Positions 17,435-26,808 of a stretch of DNA of 58,908 nt are shown here, piece by piece; positions within the stretch are counted from its first letter, which is position 1, and every line of letters begins with the position of its first letter. Both the position numbers and the translations under genes were made by a program. This DNA comes from a virus (lineage: Duplodnaviria > Caudoviricetes). The notes under the pieces were generated by a model. It was not told the DNA's origin, did not search any database, and was given only the letters and a program-made list of their open reading frames with translations. Location of the stretch: positions 1-58,908 of the IMG/VR virus record IMGVR_UViG_3300034375_009562. The stretch is one strand, 5' to 3'.

Positions 17435-17860
17435 TTACTTAATTTTTATGGTACGAGGCTTTTTCTCTTCTGGAATTATTCGTTGTAAGTAGATTTGTAG
17501 CATACCATTTACCATCTCTGCATCTTCTACAACAACATCATCTGCTAAAGTAAAGTGTCTTTTAAACTTTCTTTGAGCAATACCTCTGTGTAGCCACGTT
17601 TCTTGTGCGTTGTCAATCTCTGCTGGATCGTGCATTATTGTTAAGACTCCATCAGAAACTTCTATTGATAGATCTTTTTTATTTACTCCAGCTAGAGCGA
17701 TTTCAATCTTGAAACTATTACCTTCTTTAAGAATATTATATGGAGGATACCCTGTACTAGCAGAGGCGTGCTCCATATATCTGTGCATATCATTAAAGAT
17801 TTTATCAAATCCTACAGCGTAGGGCGTAAGTTTATTTATATCAAGTAGTGCTTTATTCAT
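17435..17860 (-). CDS. small heat shock protein Hsp20 (IbpA-like)
   Basis: YPPYNI, IEIALAG, LHRGIAQRKF, FTLADD, NGML, IPEEKKPRTIKI. Confidence 0.96.
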   Translation of the reverse strand: MNKALLDINKLTPYAVGFDKIFNDMHRYMEHASASTGYPPYNILKEGNSFKIEIALAGVNKKDLSIEVSDGVLTIMHDPAEIDNAQETWLHRGIAQRKFKRHFTLADDVVVEDAEMVNGMLQIYLQRIIPEEKKPRTIKIK

Positions 17861-17864
17861 TTTA

Positions 17865-17916
17865 TATCTCCTTTTAAAGCAAGATAAGCTAAAAACCCAT
17901 TAGGCGTTTTTAACTT
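17865..17916 (-). promoter_or_regulatory. ROSE-like RNA thermometer in hsp20 5' UTR
   Basis: TATCTTGCT pairs with SD AGGAGATA with bulged G; additional upstream hairpin. Confidence 0.65.
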
Positions 17917-17922
17917 CAATGA

Positions 17923-18195
17923 TTATTTTTTAATAAAGTTTGTAAAGCTAGAACCTGTTGAAGACATTACCTTTTTAACTTCAGTTTCTTCTTCCTCTTC
18001 ATCTTCATCTTCTTCCTCAACCTCTTCAACTACAGGTGCAGGTGCAGCAGGTCTTGCAATAGCCTCTTCTTGAGCATCAAGCCATTTTTGACGAAGTTTT
18101 TCTGATTCTTCTTTACTAATGTCATTAGCCTTTAAAAACTTATTTACATCATTAATTGTAGCAAATCTAAGTATCATATCAAGCATATTATTCAT
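17923..18195 (-). CDS. hypothetical protein with Pro/Ala linker and poly-acidic tract
   Basis: RPAAPAPVVEEVEEEDEDEEEEE. Confidence 0.65.
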   Translation of the reverse strand: MNNMLDMILRFATINDVNKFLKANDISKEESEKLRQKWLDAQEEAIARPAAPAPVVEEVEEEDEDEEEEETEVKKVMSSTGSSFTNFIKK

Positions 18196-18496
18196 CCTTT
18201 TTTAAGAAGCTGATTAGGTCTGATAAAGAATCTTTTGTGGCTCCTAGAAAACCTCCTGTATCAAATTGGACAATTTCCTCTAAGTCTCTTAGCAGTTCTT
18301 TTTTACTTTTACCTGTTTTTTTAATATAGTCAGATTTCATAGGTATATACAAACCTTCTCTAACTAGCTTACTTCTCACGCTTCTTATTGTTTTGTTTAG
18401 TTCTTCAGCGATAAACTCGATATTCTCTGTACCGAATTCATCATAAAGTTTTTTTAATTTTTTTGTTTCTTCTTCTGAGTATGCGTTATTAGTCAT
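18188..18496 (-). CDS. T5 D3-like DNA-binding (HTH) protein
   Basis: YSEEETKKL...IAEELNKTIRSVRSKLVREGLY resembles T5 D3. Confidence 0.65.
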   Translation of the reverse strand: MTNNAYSEEETKKLKKLYDEFGTENIEFIAEELNKTIRSVRSKLVREGLYIPMKSDYIKKTGKSKKELLRDLEEIVQFDTGGFLGATKDSLSDLISFLKKDE

Positions 18497-18661
18497 TCAC
18501 CTAACCAAAAGTTTTTCCATTCTGTAAATTCATGAGGCATCATACCAAGTTTACGCTCAAGTTCCATCTCAGAGCCAAACTCAGACAAGACCGTATCCCA
18601 TCTTTCTTTGTCGATCAAAAGTCTTAAAACTTCTAGTTCTTCATCATCAATTAGTTCAAAA

Positions 18662-18952
18662 CTAATCATCGTACGTCCTGTCTCTTCTAATGTAGTGCCT
18701 ACTTATTGTTCCATCTTCAAACTCTAGATAACCTTCAGCGCCATCCATATTTTCTAAGATTCTAGATCCATCATAATGGTTTTCGAACCTCAAGTCAAGA
18801 GAAGATTCTTTTAATCTGGCGTCATACCCCCAACTATCTAAATCTGCTCCAATCTCCTTAGCAAAGTCTTCAGCGTCAGACTTAGAAACAAAGTGTGTGC
18901 TAGGTAATCTTATTTTCATTGTCGGCAATGTTTTCATCTCCTTCAAATACAA
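18662..18952 (-). CDS. hypothetical protein (start uncertain)
   Basis: ORF in coupled array. Confidence 0.55.
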   Translation of the reverse strand: MYLKEMKTLPTMKIRLPSTHFVSKSDAEDFAKEIGADLDSWGYDARLKESSLDLRFENHYDGSRILENMDGAEGYLEFEDGTISRHYIRRDRTYDD

Positions 18953-19286
18953 CTGCTAGTCCAATAGATTTTGCAGATGTATTACTATGCATTACTTCAA
19001 TCAAATCACCAGTAATATCTAACATATGAGTCCCTGGATGATCTACATTTAAATATCTTGAAACTATAGCACTCGCTATAAAAGAGAAACTTTCAATATC
19101 TTTTACAGTTTGATGATTAGAATACGGATCATACCCTAAATCTTCTAACAAATCGCACATTCCAATAAAGGATTCTTTACCTACTATTTTAATTAAGTCA
19201 AGTTCTTCATCGTCTCTTATTTTTTTAGTATCTTCTACTTTAGTTTTTTCTTTAATTTTTTTATTGAAATCAATGACCTCAGCCAT
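18900..19286 (-). CDS. hypothetical protein
   Basis: MAEVIDF start, AGGAG SD. Confidence 0.65.
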   Translation of the reverse strand: MAEVIDFNKKIKEKTKVEDTKKIRDDEELDLIKIVGKESFIGMCDLLEDLGYDPYSNHQTVKDIESFSFIASAIVSRYLNVDHPGTHMLDITGDLIEVMHSNTSAKSIGLAVVFEGDENIADNENKIT

Positions 19287-21018
19287 GAAATTCTCCTTTT
19301 AGAATGGAAGATTTGTTATCCCAATAATTAATAATTGGAATACCATATTTTTCTGCTTTTACAACTTTACTAGTTGCTTCACCAGAAGATAACAAGTAAT
19401 CTACATCTTTAGTAAGACTATCTTTGATAATAATATTATACCTAGACAAATGATCTGCTAAGTCTTGCTTTGTCATGTCTAACTTTCCTGAAATACAAAC
19501 TACTAATGTATCTATTTCAGTTGAGTTAGAATCAGTAGTTATTTGTTTATTTAATTCATAAGGTAGATCATAAACCCATTCTTCATTTACATCAAGCCAA
19601 GCCAGAATATTATCTGTAGTTTTAGGGCCAATCCCATCAATTGCTTGATATTGAATATCTCTTAGCCTATCAAAACTTGGTATAAAATCAGTAATAGTTT
19701 TAGCGGTACTTTTACCAACGCCAGGAATACCAAGAGAAGCTAATACTTGTTCATAAGGTTTAGGCCTTGCTAACTCCTCTAGTACTTTTTCTCCGTTTTT
19801 ACCCATTTCTTCCCAAGGAGTTTCTTCTGAGAAAAGATCTGTAGGGTGTTTAAGATTAAGCTTCTGTATCCATCTAGGCCCAAGCCCTTTAATACCGAGT
19901 TGCTTAACAAAGTATTCTACTGATTTTTGAGCATCTGCAACAGAGGCAAATAATTTAGGACCTTGCCTACGCAATGTCATACCGAGTTGTTTTTCTGCAT
20001 CTGCTAAACAGAATCTAGGAAAGGAGGACTTGGAAAGTACCTTTACAAACTGAGGAGTAATTTGTCTCTCAATAACAATCTGATCACCCGGACCCAAATC
20101 GTGCTCTTCAATAAATTCAATATTATGTAGAATAACACGAGAAATAGTTGCATCATCAATAACTACAGGTTCCACTACTGCTACTGGAGTCACAACCCCT
20201 GTGCGTCCTAAGTTCCAAACAATATCTTGAATAGTGGTAGTTGCCGTCATAGCCGCACGCACTTTCAGTGCGACTGCAAAGCGTGGATATTTAGAAGTAT
20301 GCCCAAGTAACTTTTCTCTTTTGTATGAAGCTACCCGATATACGCTTCCATCTTGTGGATAGGGATCACAGTTCCAACTTAATACCGAAGAAAAACCTTC
20401 ATCATGAGCTAGATTTATTCTAGCTTGATAATCTAGTTCTGTGCCTAATACATCATGAATAATAAATCTTAGTTTTCTATCAGCAATATCTTTTGCATTT
20501 TTTACGCCTAAAGAACCACTAACAAAATTTCTGAAATTATCTACATTTTTATCTGTAACCACTTCACCTACAAAAGTAAGTGGGTTCTCATACTCATCTG
20601 ATAGTTGAGGGATAGCTCCTGCAATATGAGAAACAAGATGAGATACGTCTTCACCGTACTCACCATCTCCACGAGTTAATGCGTGACGAAAACTCCCATC
20701 TTCATTATAAGTAATAGATAAATTTGCTCCGTCAAGTTTTGGCGTTTTGATTGAAAACTCTGATTCAATTTCTTTTTCGTCATAAACCTTTTTAAGAGAG
20801 TATAGCCTATAAGGATGTTTTATCTTACCCCCACTAAATCCTACTCTAACTGTAGGAGAAGACGAGTCTCGCCATCCTTGACGGTTTTCCATCTGTTCAA
20901 GTTTATCGTACAAAGAATCATACTCTTCATCTGATATTGTAGGTGAAGATTTATCATAGTAAAGTTTTGCGTGATGCTTTACTGTTTCTAGTAACGATTT
21001 ATAGTCTTGTAGATTCAT
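19279..21018 (-). CDS. ligA: NAD-dependent DNA ligase (single chain, C-terminal BRCT)
   Basis: YY...ISDEEYD (Ia), KLDG adenylation motif, TRGDG, GRTGVVTPVA, HhH repeats, BRCT (CISGKL...KAEKYGIPII). Confidence 0.93.
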   Translation of the reverse strand: MNLQDYKSLLETVKHHAKLYYDKSSPTISDEEYDSLYDKLEQMENRQGWRDSSSPTVRVGFSGGKIKHPYRLYSLKKVYDEKEIESEFSIKTPKLDGANLSITYNEDGSFRHALTRGDGEYGEDVSHLVSHIAGAIPQLSDEYENPLTFVGEVVTDKNVDNFRNFVSGSLGVKNAKDIADRKLRFIIHDVLGTELDYQARINLAHDEGFSSVLSWNCDPYPQDGSVYRVASYKREKLLGHTSKYPRFAVALKVRAAMTATTTIQDIVWNLGRTGVVTPVAVVEPVVIDDATISRVILHNIEFIEEHDLGPGDQIVIERQITPQFVKVLSKSSFPRFCLADAEKQLGMTLRRQGPKLFASVADAQKSVEYFVKQLGIKGLGPRWIQKLNLKHPTDLFSEETPWEEMGKNGEKVLEELARPKPYEQVLASLGIPGVGKSTAKTITDFIPSFDRLRDIQYQAIDGIGPKTTDNILAWLDVNEEWVYDLPYELNKQITTDSNSTEIDTLVVCISGKLDMTKQDLADHLSRYNIIIKDSLTKDVDYLLSSGEATSKVVKAEKYGIPIINYWDNKSSILKGEFHG

Positions 21019-21316
21019 AAAGTTTATCTTTCTCTATCTTCTTTATTACTTTATCGCATTTTACACAAATATAGTCTCTAGACTGTAGAGCACTACGCTC
21101 ACTTGCTTCTTCTAATAGATCTCGTATCAACTCAACACAGTAGTTTAAAGGGTTTTCTTTAATGAAGTCAAAAATGTAGTTGCGTATTGCTTCTCGCTCT
21201 TGTTCGTTATTTAATACTGAGTGTGCGCTAACTCCTAGTTGCTCACTCAGTAGGTTTACTTTCTGTTGTTCCATTTTGTACAATCTCCAAACTATTGACA
21301 GTCTTAACAAATTCAT
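20999..21316 (-). CDS. hypothetical protein (probable start MEQQK)
   Basis: ORF coupled to ligase; CxxC. Confidence 0.55.
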   Translation of the reverse strand: MNLLRLSIVWRLYKMEQQKVNLLSEQLGVSAHSVLNNEQEREAIRNYIFDFIKENPLNYCVELIRDLLEEASERSALQSRDYICVKCDKVIKKIEKDKLYESTRL

Positions 21317-21425
21317 CTACTGTTTTTGTTAACTGTAAAGTTCCTTGTAAAAATAAAGGCCAAAGAGCTATAGTTAAATAAGTAGCTGCTAAAAAAGAGA
21401 ATAATTTAACGAGCACGTTTCGCAT
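21243..21425 (-). CDS. small membrane protein
   Basis: N-terminal TM. Confidence 0.5.
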   Translation of the reverse strand: MRNVLVKLFSFLAATYLTIALWPLFLQGTLQLTKTVDEFVKTVNSLEIVQNGTTESKPTE

Positions 21426-21726
21426 CTTCGTTCCTCATATAATTACGGAAGTCAAACTCAATTTCGTCAAGACGATCTTGTAACTCTGTAGAATCTTCAA
21501 TTTCTTGTGAGTGTCCAAAGTATTCCATATACATATCGTTTTCTTCTTCAGGAGTTAGTTTCCTTCTAGGTGAAGGGAAATCTGAAGTAAATTTAATGTC
21601 CATATCATTTTGCCTTTCTGCCCAGTTATAGACGCCTCTTGTTAGTGTTGAAGTAAAACTAAAAATAGCTATACACGGTAACACTAGAAAAAATAAAAAC
21701 ACAAATAAACTAGTTATTGTTTCCAT
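21406..21726 (-). CDS. membrane-anchored hypothetical protein
   Basis: N-terminal TM; promoter-like TTGCCA-18-TATATT upstream. Confidence 0.6.
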   Translation of the reverse strand: METITSLFVFLFFLVLPCIAIFSFTSTLTRGVYNWAERQNDMDIKFTSDFPSPRRKLTPEEENDMYMEYFGHSQEIEDSTELQDRLDEIEFDFRNYMRNEDAKRAR

Positions 21727-21767
21727 GATTATTTAATATACCATATTGTTAAGGTTATTGGCAAGTA

Positions 21768-22334
21768 TTAGTTTAGAGAATATCTAAACAACGGAGTTTC
21801 GAGTTCAGATTTATCGAAGGGTTTAGGTTCTGGTAAGATTATTTTTTCAGTTTTGAACTGCTGAATATCTCTTTTCAATGAATCTGTAGATAGGCCAAAA
21901 TAAATCATATTAGATAAAGTGTTTGTGCCTAACATACCAGTTCTACTTCTATTCAATCTAAGTAACTCAAAAGGTTCAAGTTGTAAACTTTTTACTTTAT
22001 TTTTTATATGATCAAAGAAAATCATAGGTGGGAAACAATTTATACTAAATATGTAGTCATATATATTTATTTCTTTAACATATGTATCATTATATATTAC
22101 TACAAGCTCGCAGTTAAGTTTAATCTTAATTTTGTTGGTGAAAATCACACTAAAAAGTAAATCTTCATACACATAGTGACCTTCCTTTATTTTTAACATT
22201 CTTCCCGAATCTAGTATAATTTTAGTATACTGTTCTAAATAAGAGAGCATTGAAGGATCAAATACATCAACTAGAACTCTATATGGTTCGTTACTCATAA
22301 GACTTTTTACTCCAGTATAAAGATTTATAAGCAT
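21768..22334 (-). CDS. hypothetical protein (probable start MSNEPY)
   Basis: 188 aa ORF. Confidence 0.55.
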   Translation of the reverse strand: MLINLYTGVKSLMSNEPYRVLVDVFDPSMLSYLEQYTKIILDSGRMLKIKEGHYVYEDLLFSVIFTNKIKIKLNCELVVIYNDTYVKEINIYDYIFSINCFPPMIFFDHIKNKVKSLQLEPFELLRLNRSRTGMLGTNTLSNMIYFGLSTDSLKRDIQQFKTEKIILPEPKPFDKSELETPLFRYSLN

Positions 22335-23031
22335 CTATACCCGTTTTGTCTAAGCTTTGAGTTATTTTTTGTACTTTATCCTCAAATACTTCATCAAAAA
22401 TTGTATGAGTCCACTCTTCTCTTTTAAAAGGAATAACTTGAACCATAGGATATCCTTTAGGTATCTCTATTTTTTTACTGTCTTTTTTGATTGTGAAAGG
22501 AAATGCGACTGCATTTTCATAGGTATCAGTATCAACTATAGCAGGAAGCATAGTGAAACTTTTATTTGATTGATAAAACGGTTGAGTAAATAGACAAGAG
22601 TATCCAGGAGGAGTTTTTACCACCCAGATATTATCATATTTACAAACATACTCATCTTCAAAAGGAGCATTAGTATATTGATTTAGTACATGACCAGAAA
22701 ATAAGAGCCTACCTTCATCTCCATACTCTATCTCATTACCATCTATCTCAATGCTAACTGGATCAACTAAAGGTATAATATATCCTGTAGACAATATGTC
22801 AAACACAGGCATACAGTTTTTAATCGTACCACCTTTGTCTCTAGCATACTCCTCTTGCTTATTATCTTTTCTTTTAGGAGTGTTTTTGTACCACTCTTGT
22901 AGTCCTTTTTTAGCAGGATAAGGCTTAGGATATTCATCTTTTAAATTCCAAGTAAGATTAAGTATCTCTCCACTAAGTAAAGATATTGACCGAGAACAGT
23001 TTTTTTGCTTTAAGAAAAACTCAATTTGCAT
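22291..23031 (-). CDS. conserved marine phage protein (dUTPase-like beta-clip family, tentative)
   Basis: TIKNCMPVFD...GYIIP, KTPPGYSCLF, IVDTD, IPKGYPMVQVIPFKREEW. Confidence 0.7.
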   Translation of the reverse strand: MQIEFFLKQKNCSRSISLLSGEILNLTWNLKDEYPKPYPAKKGLQEWYKNTPKRKDNKQEEYARDKGGTIKNCMPVFDILSTGYIIPLVDPVSIEIDGNEIEYGDEGRLLFSGHVLNQYTNAPFEDEYVCKYDNIWVVKTPPGYSCLFTQPFYQSNKSFTMLPAIVDTDTYENAVAFPFTIKKDSKKIEIPKGYPMVQVIPFKREEWTHTIFDEVFEDKVQKITQSLDKTGIDAYKSLYWSKKSYE

Positions 23032-23290
23032 TATCTAAATAAGTAACCAGTTCATTATAACCCCCAATCGACTCATTGTCGATTTTAATTTGAGGCACAG
23101 TTCTAGCATTTGGGAACTCATTAAATAAATCTTCTTTTGTAATCCATTTTTGATTATCTTTTAGATCCATGTGTTTATTGGTTGGATCTTGAATAATAAA
23201 TTCTTTAAAAGGAATTTCTTTTAGGTTAAGTAAGTTTTTTGCTTTTACACAAAAAGCACAATTTGACTTAGAATAAATTTCAATTTGCAT
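23021..23290 (-). CDS. glutaredoxin
   Basis: YSKSNCAFC, RTVPQI, IGGYNEL. Confidence 0.92.
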   Translation of the reverse strand: MQIEIYSKSNCAFCVKAKNLLNLKEIPFKEFIIQDPTNKHMDLKDNQKWITKEDLFNEFPNARTVPQIKIDNESIGGYNELVTYLDNAN

Positions 23291-23549
23291 TTTCTTCTCT
23301 CAATATGTTATACGCTTCTTTTAACGAACTGATATAAGTACCATTAATAAATATGATAGGTATAGAATAAAACTTCCTATCGTACATCTCTTCTATATCT
23401 GCATACTCAAAGTCATGTGCGATTTGTGGATACTGACTATCTCTTAATCTATAGTACTGAAGATCAGTTTTATCTGACCAGTAGTCAATAAAATCATTTG
23501 AAGGTATGCAACTAACTTTAGAGTAGATTGTTACTTTAGGCGTCATCAT
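23280..23549 (-). CDS. glutaredoxin-like protein (CxxS)
   Basis: IYSKVSCIPS, SIPIIFING. Confidence 0.65.
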   Translation of the reverse strand: MMTPKVTIYSKVSCIPSNDFIDYWSDKTDLQYYRLRDSQYPQIAHDFEYADIEEMYDRKFYSIPIIFINGTYISSLKEAYNILREENAN

Positions 23550-24045
23550 AAATATTTATCTCATCAAGGTAACGTAACATTGTTTTAGCGTCACTAACCT
23601 CAAATGGATCAGTAGGTGATCTATCTCCAAAGTCAGGTTCGGTAAATAGTTTTCTAACTCGTCTATCATCTACGAGCATTGAATATCTCCAAGAACGCAT
23701 ACCAAAACCTAAGTTTGATTTATCTACAAGCATTCCCATCATACGAGTAAAATCTCCGTTACCATCTGGTAACATTTTTACTTTTTCTATGTTTTGATCT
23801 TTTGCCCATGCATTCATAACAAAAGCGTCATTTACTGAAATACAATATACATCATCTACTCCAGTAGATAAAAAGTTAGCGTAGTGTTTTTCGTATTCGG
23901 GTAAATGAGTTGAAGAACAAGTAGGGGTAAATGCTCCTGGAAGTGCAAATACTACAATCTTTTTTCCTGCAAAAAGCTCTTTAGTAGTTTTTTCAATCCA
24001 TTCTCCCCCTTCTCTCATTTTAAAGGTTACAAAAGGTATTTTCAT
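23536..24045 (-). CDS. peroxiredoxin (Prx5/Redoxin family)
   Basis: LPGAFTPTCS, SVNDAFVMNAW, DGNGDF, RSWRYSM; AGGAG SD; promoter TTGCTT-17-TATACT at 24075-24103. Confidence 0.95.
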   Translation of the reverse strand: MKIPFVTFKMREGGEWIEKTTKELFAGKKIVVFALPGAFTPTCSSTHLPEYEKHYANFLSTGVDDVYCISVNDAFVMNAWAKDQNIEKVKMLPDGNGDFTRMMGMLVDKSNLGFGMRSWRYSMLVDDRRVRKLFTEPDFGDRSPTDPFEVSDAKTMLRYLDEINIYDDA

Positions 24046-24116
24046 AATAGTTCTCCTTATATACCATGTCATATAGTATATCAAGTTGCTAAGTTCTAAG
24101 CAATATTTAATTAAAA

Positions 24117-24677
24117 TTATCTTAAGTTGAAACTCATACTAATTCTAGTTTCATTAGTCTCATTAGGCTCAACATAGTGTTCTAACCATGATGGAAAAAT
24201 TATACATACTCCTTCTTCAGGAGTTATAGGATAATTTAAACATCTAATCTTTTTTTCTGACATTGACACTCTTTGTCTAGGATCAACAAATACTATTCTA
24301 CCTGCTTTTCCTGCAGGAACTTTTACATAAAAGACACCAGAAAGTTCGGCACCATGAATATGCGCCATGTTGAAAGCATTAGGGTAATTAATATTAGCCC
24401 ACATTGACTCAAAATAAAAGTTATCATAACAATAGTCAGAAAACTGTTCTTTTATTTCTGTATTAGCTACTCTTAGTATTGCATTTTTTATATAGTCTAA
24501 CCATTCATATTTATGAATATCATCAGGGCTTTGCCACCCTAAAAAGTTACTTTTATCTCTATTAGGTAGTACCTTACTCATTTCTAAAAGAGTAACTTCA
24601 AGTTGCTTTAAATAATCTGTGTCTGACAACTTAAAGCCCCAAATAGGGGTTGGAAACAGTTCGTGTTTAAAACTCAT
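24117..24677 (-). CDS. 2OG-Fe(II) oxygenase (TIGR02466-like)
   Basis: LFPTPIW, WANIN, HIH..LSGVFY, FPSWLEHYV, RISMSFN. Confidence 0.9.
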   Translation of the reverse strand: MSFKHELFPTPIWGFKLSDTDYLKQLEVTLLEMSKVLPNRDKSNFLGWQSPDDIHKYEWLDYIKNAILRVANTEIKEQFSDYCYDNFYFESMWANINYPNAFNMAHIHGAELSGVFYVKVPAGKAGRIVFVDPRQRVSMSEKKIRCLNYPITPEEGVCIIFPSWLEHYVEPNETNETRISMSFNLR

Positions 24678-24678
24678 A

Positions 24679-25266
24679 CTACTTCTTTCTTAAAATTGTA
24701 GTCTCGCTCTGTTTTCCTGTAGTAAGTTTCTTACCAGGAAAGGATAGAATTTCTGAAAAATGATGTGATAGTTTAAATACTTCTCTCTTGTATTCTATTC
24801 TATCTGTATCATCATAAATAATTAAACCATCTTGTTTAACCCTAGAAAGTGCTAAATTTAAACATCTGTTCCTAGCTCTTCCATCAACAATAACCATATC
24901 AAACATTTCTTGTGGATAATCATTTATAGTTAAAGCAAAAGCTTTAAAAGAGTAACCTTTAGCTGAAGAAAACTTAGCTATATATTCTGGATCTTTAGCT
25001 AAATCAGGAGCCATATATCTTATCTCACAGTTAGTGATATTTGCATTATCTATATAATCTTGCATATAAACACTAAACTCTTTGAAATACTCTATAGACC
25101 AAATTTTATTACACCTTCTAGCAAACCAAACTGTAGAGGCTCCAGTTCCCCACTCAAATATATTCCAATCTTTCATATTTACATTGCTCAACCAAGCAAT
25201 ACTAGACTCTGTAAAATCAGGTATTTCTAACTTAACAAGCTCTTCGTTTATACGTTTTCCTCGCAT
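24679..25266 (-). CDS. SAM-dependent methyltransferase-like protein
   Basis: IFEWGTGASTVW, FDMVIVDGRAR, GLIIYDD. Confidence 0.8.
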   Translation of the reverse strand: MRGKRINEELVKLEIPDFTESSIAWLSNVNMKDWNIFEWGTGASTVWFARRCNKIWSIEYFKEFSVYMQDYIDNANITNCEIRYMAPDLAKDPEYIAKFSSAKGYSFKAFALTINDYPQEMFDMVIVDGRARNRCLNLALSRVKQDGLIIYDDTDRIEYKREVFKLSHHFSEILSFPGKKLTTGKQSETTILRKK

Positions 25267-25267
25267 T

Positions 25268-26245
25268 TTAATCTCCGTGTACTAGTGACCTAAAATCTAT
25301 AGATTGATCAGATTTATGTTGTCCGTACTTTTTACCTTCAATATTTGTCCACACAAGAGAGTCTGGCGCGTCATATAGTTGATCACAGTTTTTACAGTAA
25401 TCAATTTCATCAAATCTCTCATTTCTATGTGCGTTTCTTAATCTTTTATACTCTTTGCTTCTCCAAATTTCTGTAAGCGATTCTGTTTCAAGATGCCCTA
25501 ACACTGCTTTTGAATCTTGTCCTAACACATAACAACAAGGTACAACAGCTCCATACTTACCTTCGAGCCCTCCGGCTCTGACGTTGAGATAAGGTGCAAA
25601 CGGTCTGCCGCAACTGCGTTTTTCTTTTTTAGGGCGATCATAAGGAGTTTCAAATTGACCTCCCCAGTTATGCATCATCCATATTTCAGCATCAATATCT
25701 AAAGGAGTAATCCAATTAAGTTTATACTCTACTATTTCTTGAGATATATTATTATTATCTAGTATTAAGTGATAAGATGAAATATTTGTTTCATAAGCGC
25801 TTTTATCTAAGATTCTTAGAAATGTTCTACAGTTTTGATATACTGTATTAAAAGCATCTTTGCTCATCCAATGTTTATAGGTATCTCTATCATACCCAAT
25901 AACACTAACTCGAATAGTATCAAGTCCTGAATCAAGTAGTTTTAAACTCATATCTTCTGTTAAATTAAAGCCATTAGTTACGATACTACAAGCAATATTA
26001 TACTTAGATGCTATTTTAATGTATTCATCTATATTTCTATTAAGTAAAGGTTCACCACTGCCTTGTAAGTTTATATCTGAGCATCCAGCTTCTTGAAGCT
26101 CATCACATATTTTTTCAAATAGTGATAGTGGCATCTTTTTTAAAAAGTCTTTTTCTCTTCCAGTAGCTTGTGGACACATTGGACAAGCATAATTACATCC
26201 ACCATTAATTTCTATACTCGCATTTTTTATCATACAAAAGCCCAT
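25268..26245 (-). CDS. radical SAM / SPASM (twitch) domain protein
   Basis: CNYACPMC, GSGEPLL, TNG, C-terminal C..PCC..CKNC. Confidence 0.92.
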   Translation of the reverse strand: MGFCMIKNASIEINGGCNYACPMCPQATGREKDFLKKMPLSLFEKICDELQEAGCSDINLQGSGEPLLNRNIDEYIKIASKYNIACSIVTNGFNLTEDMSLKLLDSGLDTIRVSVIGYDRDTYKHWMSKDAFNTVYQNCRTFLRILDKSAYETNISSYHLILDNNNISQEIVEYKLNWITPLDIDAEIWMMHNWGGQFETPYDRPKKEKRSCGRPFAPYLNVRAGGLEGKYGAVVPCCYVLGQDSKAVLGHLETESLTEIWRSKEYKRLRNAHRNERFDEIDYCKNCDQLYDAPDSLVWTNIEGKKYGQHKSDQSIDFRSLVHGD

Positions 26246-26808
26246 TCTATTCTATTATTATTTTTTAAGTATGCTTCATCTAGCTCTGGTTTATGGACGG
26301 GTGCAGGCTGTACTATTTTTCTAACTGTATGAATTTTAACTGTTTTATAAAAATCAAAGTTCAATAGCGTAATTTTAGAGGTTGTATAGCGTAAAAACCA
26401 ATAAGCTGCAATTGTGCCTGTAAGAGGTCTATCAATATTTATCTCTTCTGTCATCTCTTTCCAATATTTTGGATCCCAAAAATATGTTTTATTATACCAC
26501 TCTTCTGGATAATTTCTGATCATATTAGATCCGTCTCTATCTCCATTACCTCTAATAATAAACTTCTCATTATTAGAACCAGAAGACTTATAGTGTTCAT
26601 CTAAACCATTACAGTAGTTGTTAAACCAAATATCACAATCTCCCCATCGTCTACTAGAGTTTAATCTAACGACAATAGGATAGTTTATTTTCAAGTGAGA
26701 TATATCTTTACTAGAGCCTACAATTACAATAGGTTTATCGCCTATATAAGAAATTATATCTGACTTAAGATGTTCGCTCCTAGAAAGTATGGTTTCTAAA
26801 GAGTTCAT
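26230..26808 (-). CDS. glycosyltransferase family 29-like protein
   Basis: IVIVGSS...IVVRLN, RPLTG, FDFY, terminal H motif. Confidence 0.5.
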   Translation of the reverse strand: MNSLETILSRSEHLKSDIISYIGDKPIVIVGSSKDISHLKINYPIVVRLNSSRRWGDCDIWFNNYCNGLDEHYKSSGSNNEKFIIRGNGDRDGSNMIRNYPEEWYNKTYFWDPKYWKEMTEEINIDRPLTGTIAAYWFLRYTTSKITLLNFDFYKTVKIHTVRKIVQPAPVHKPELDEAYLKNNNRIEWAFV

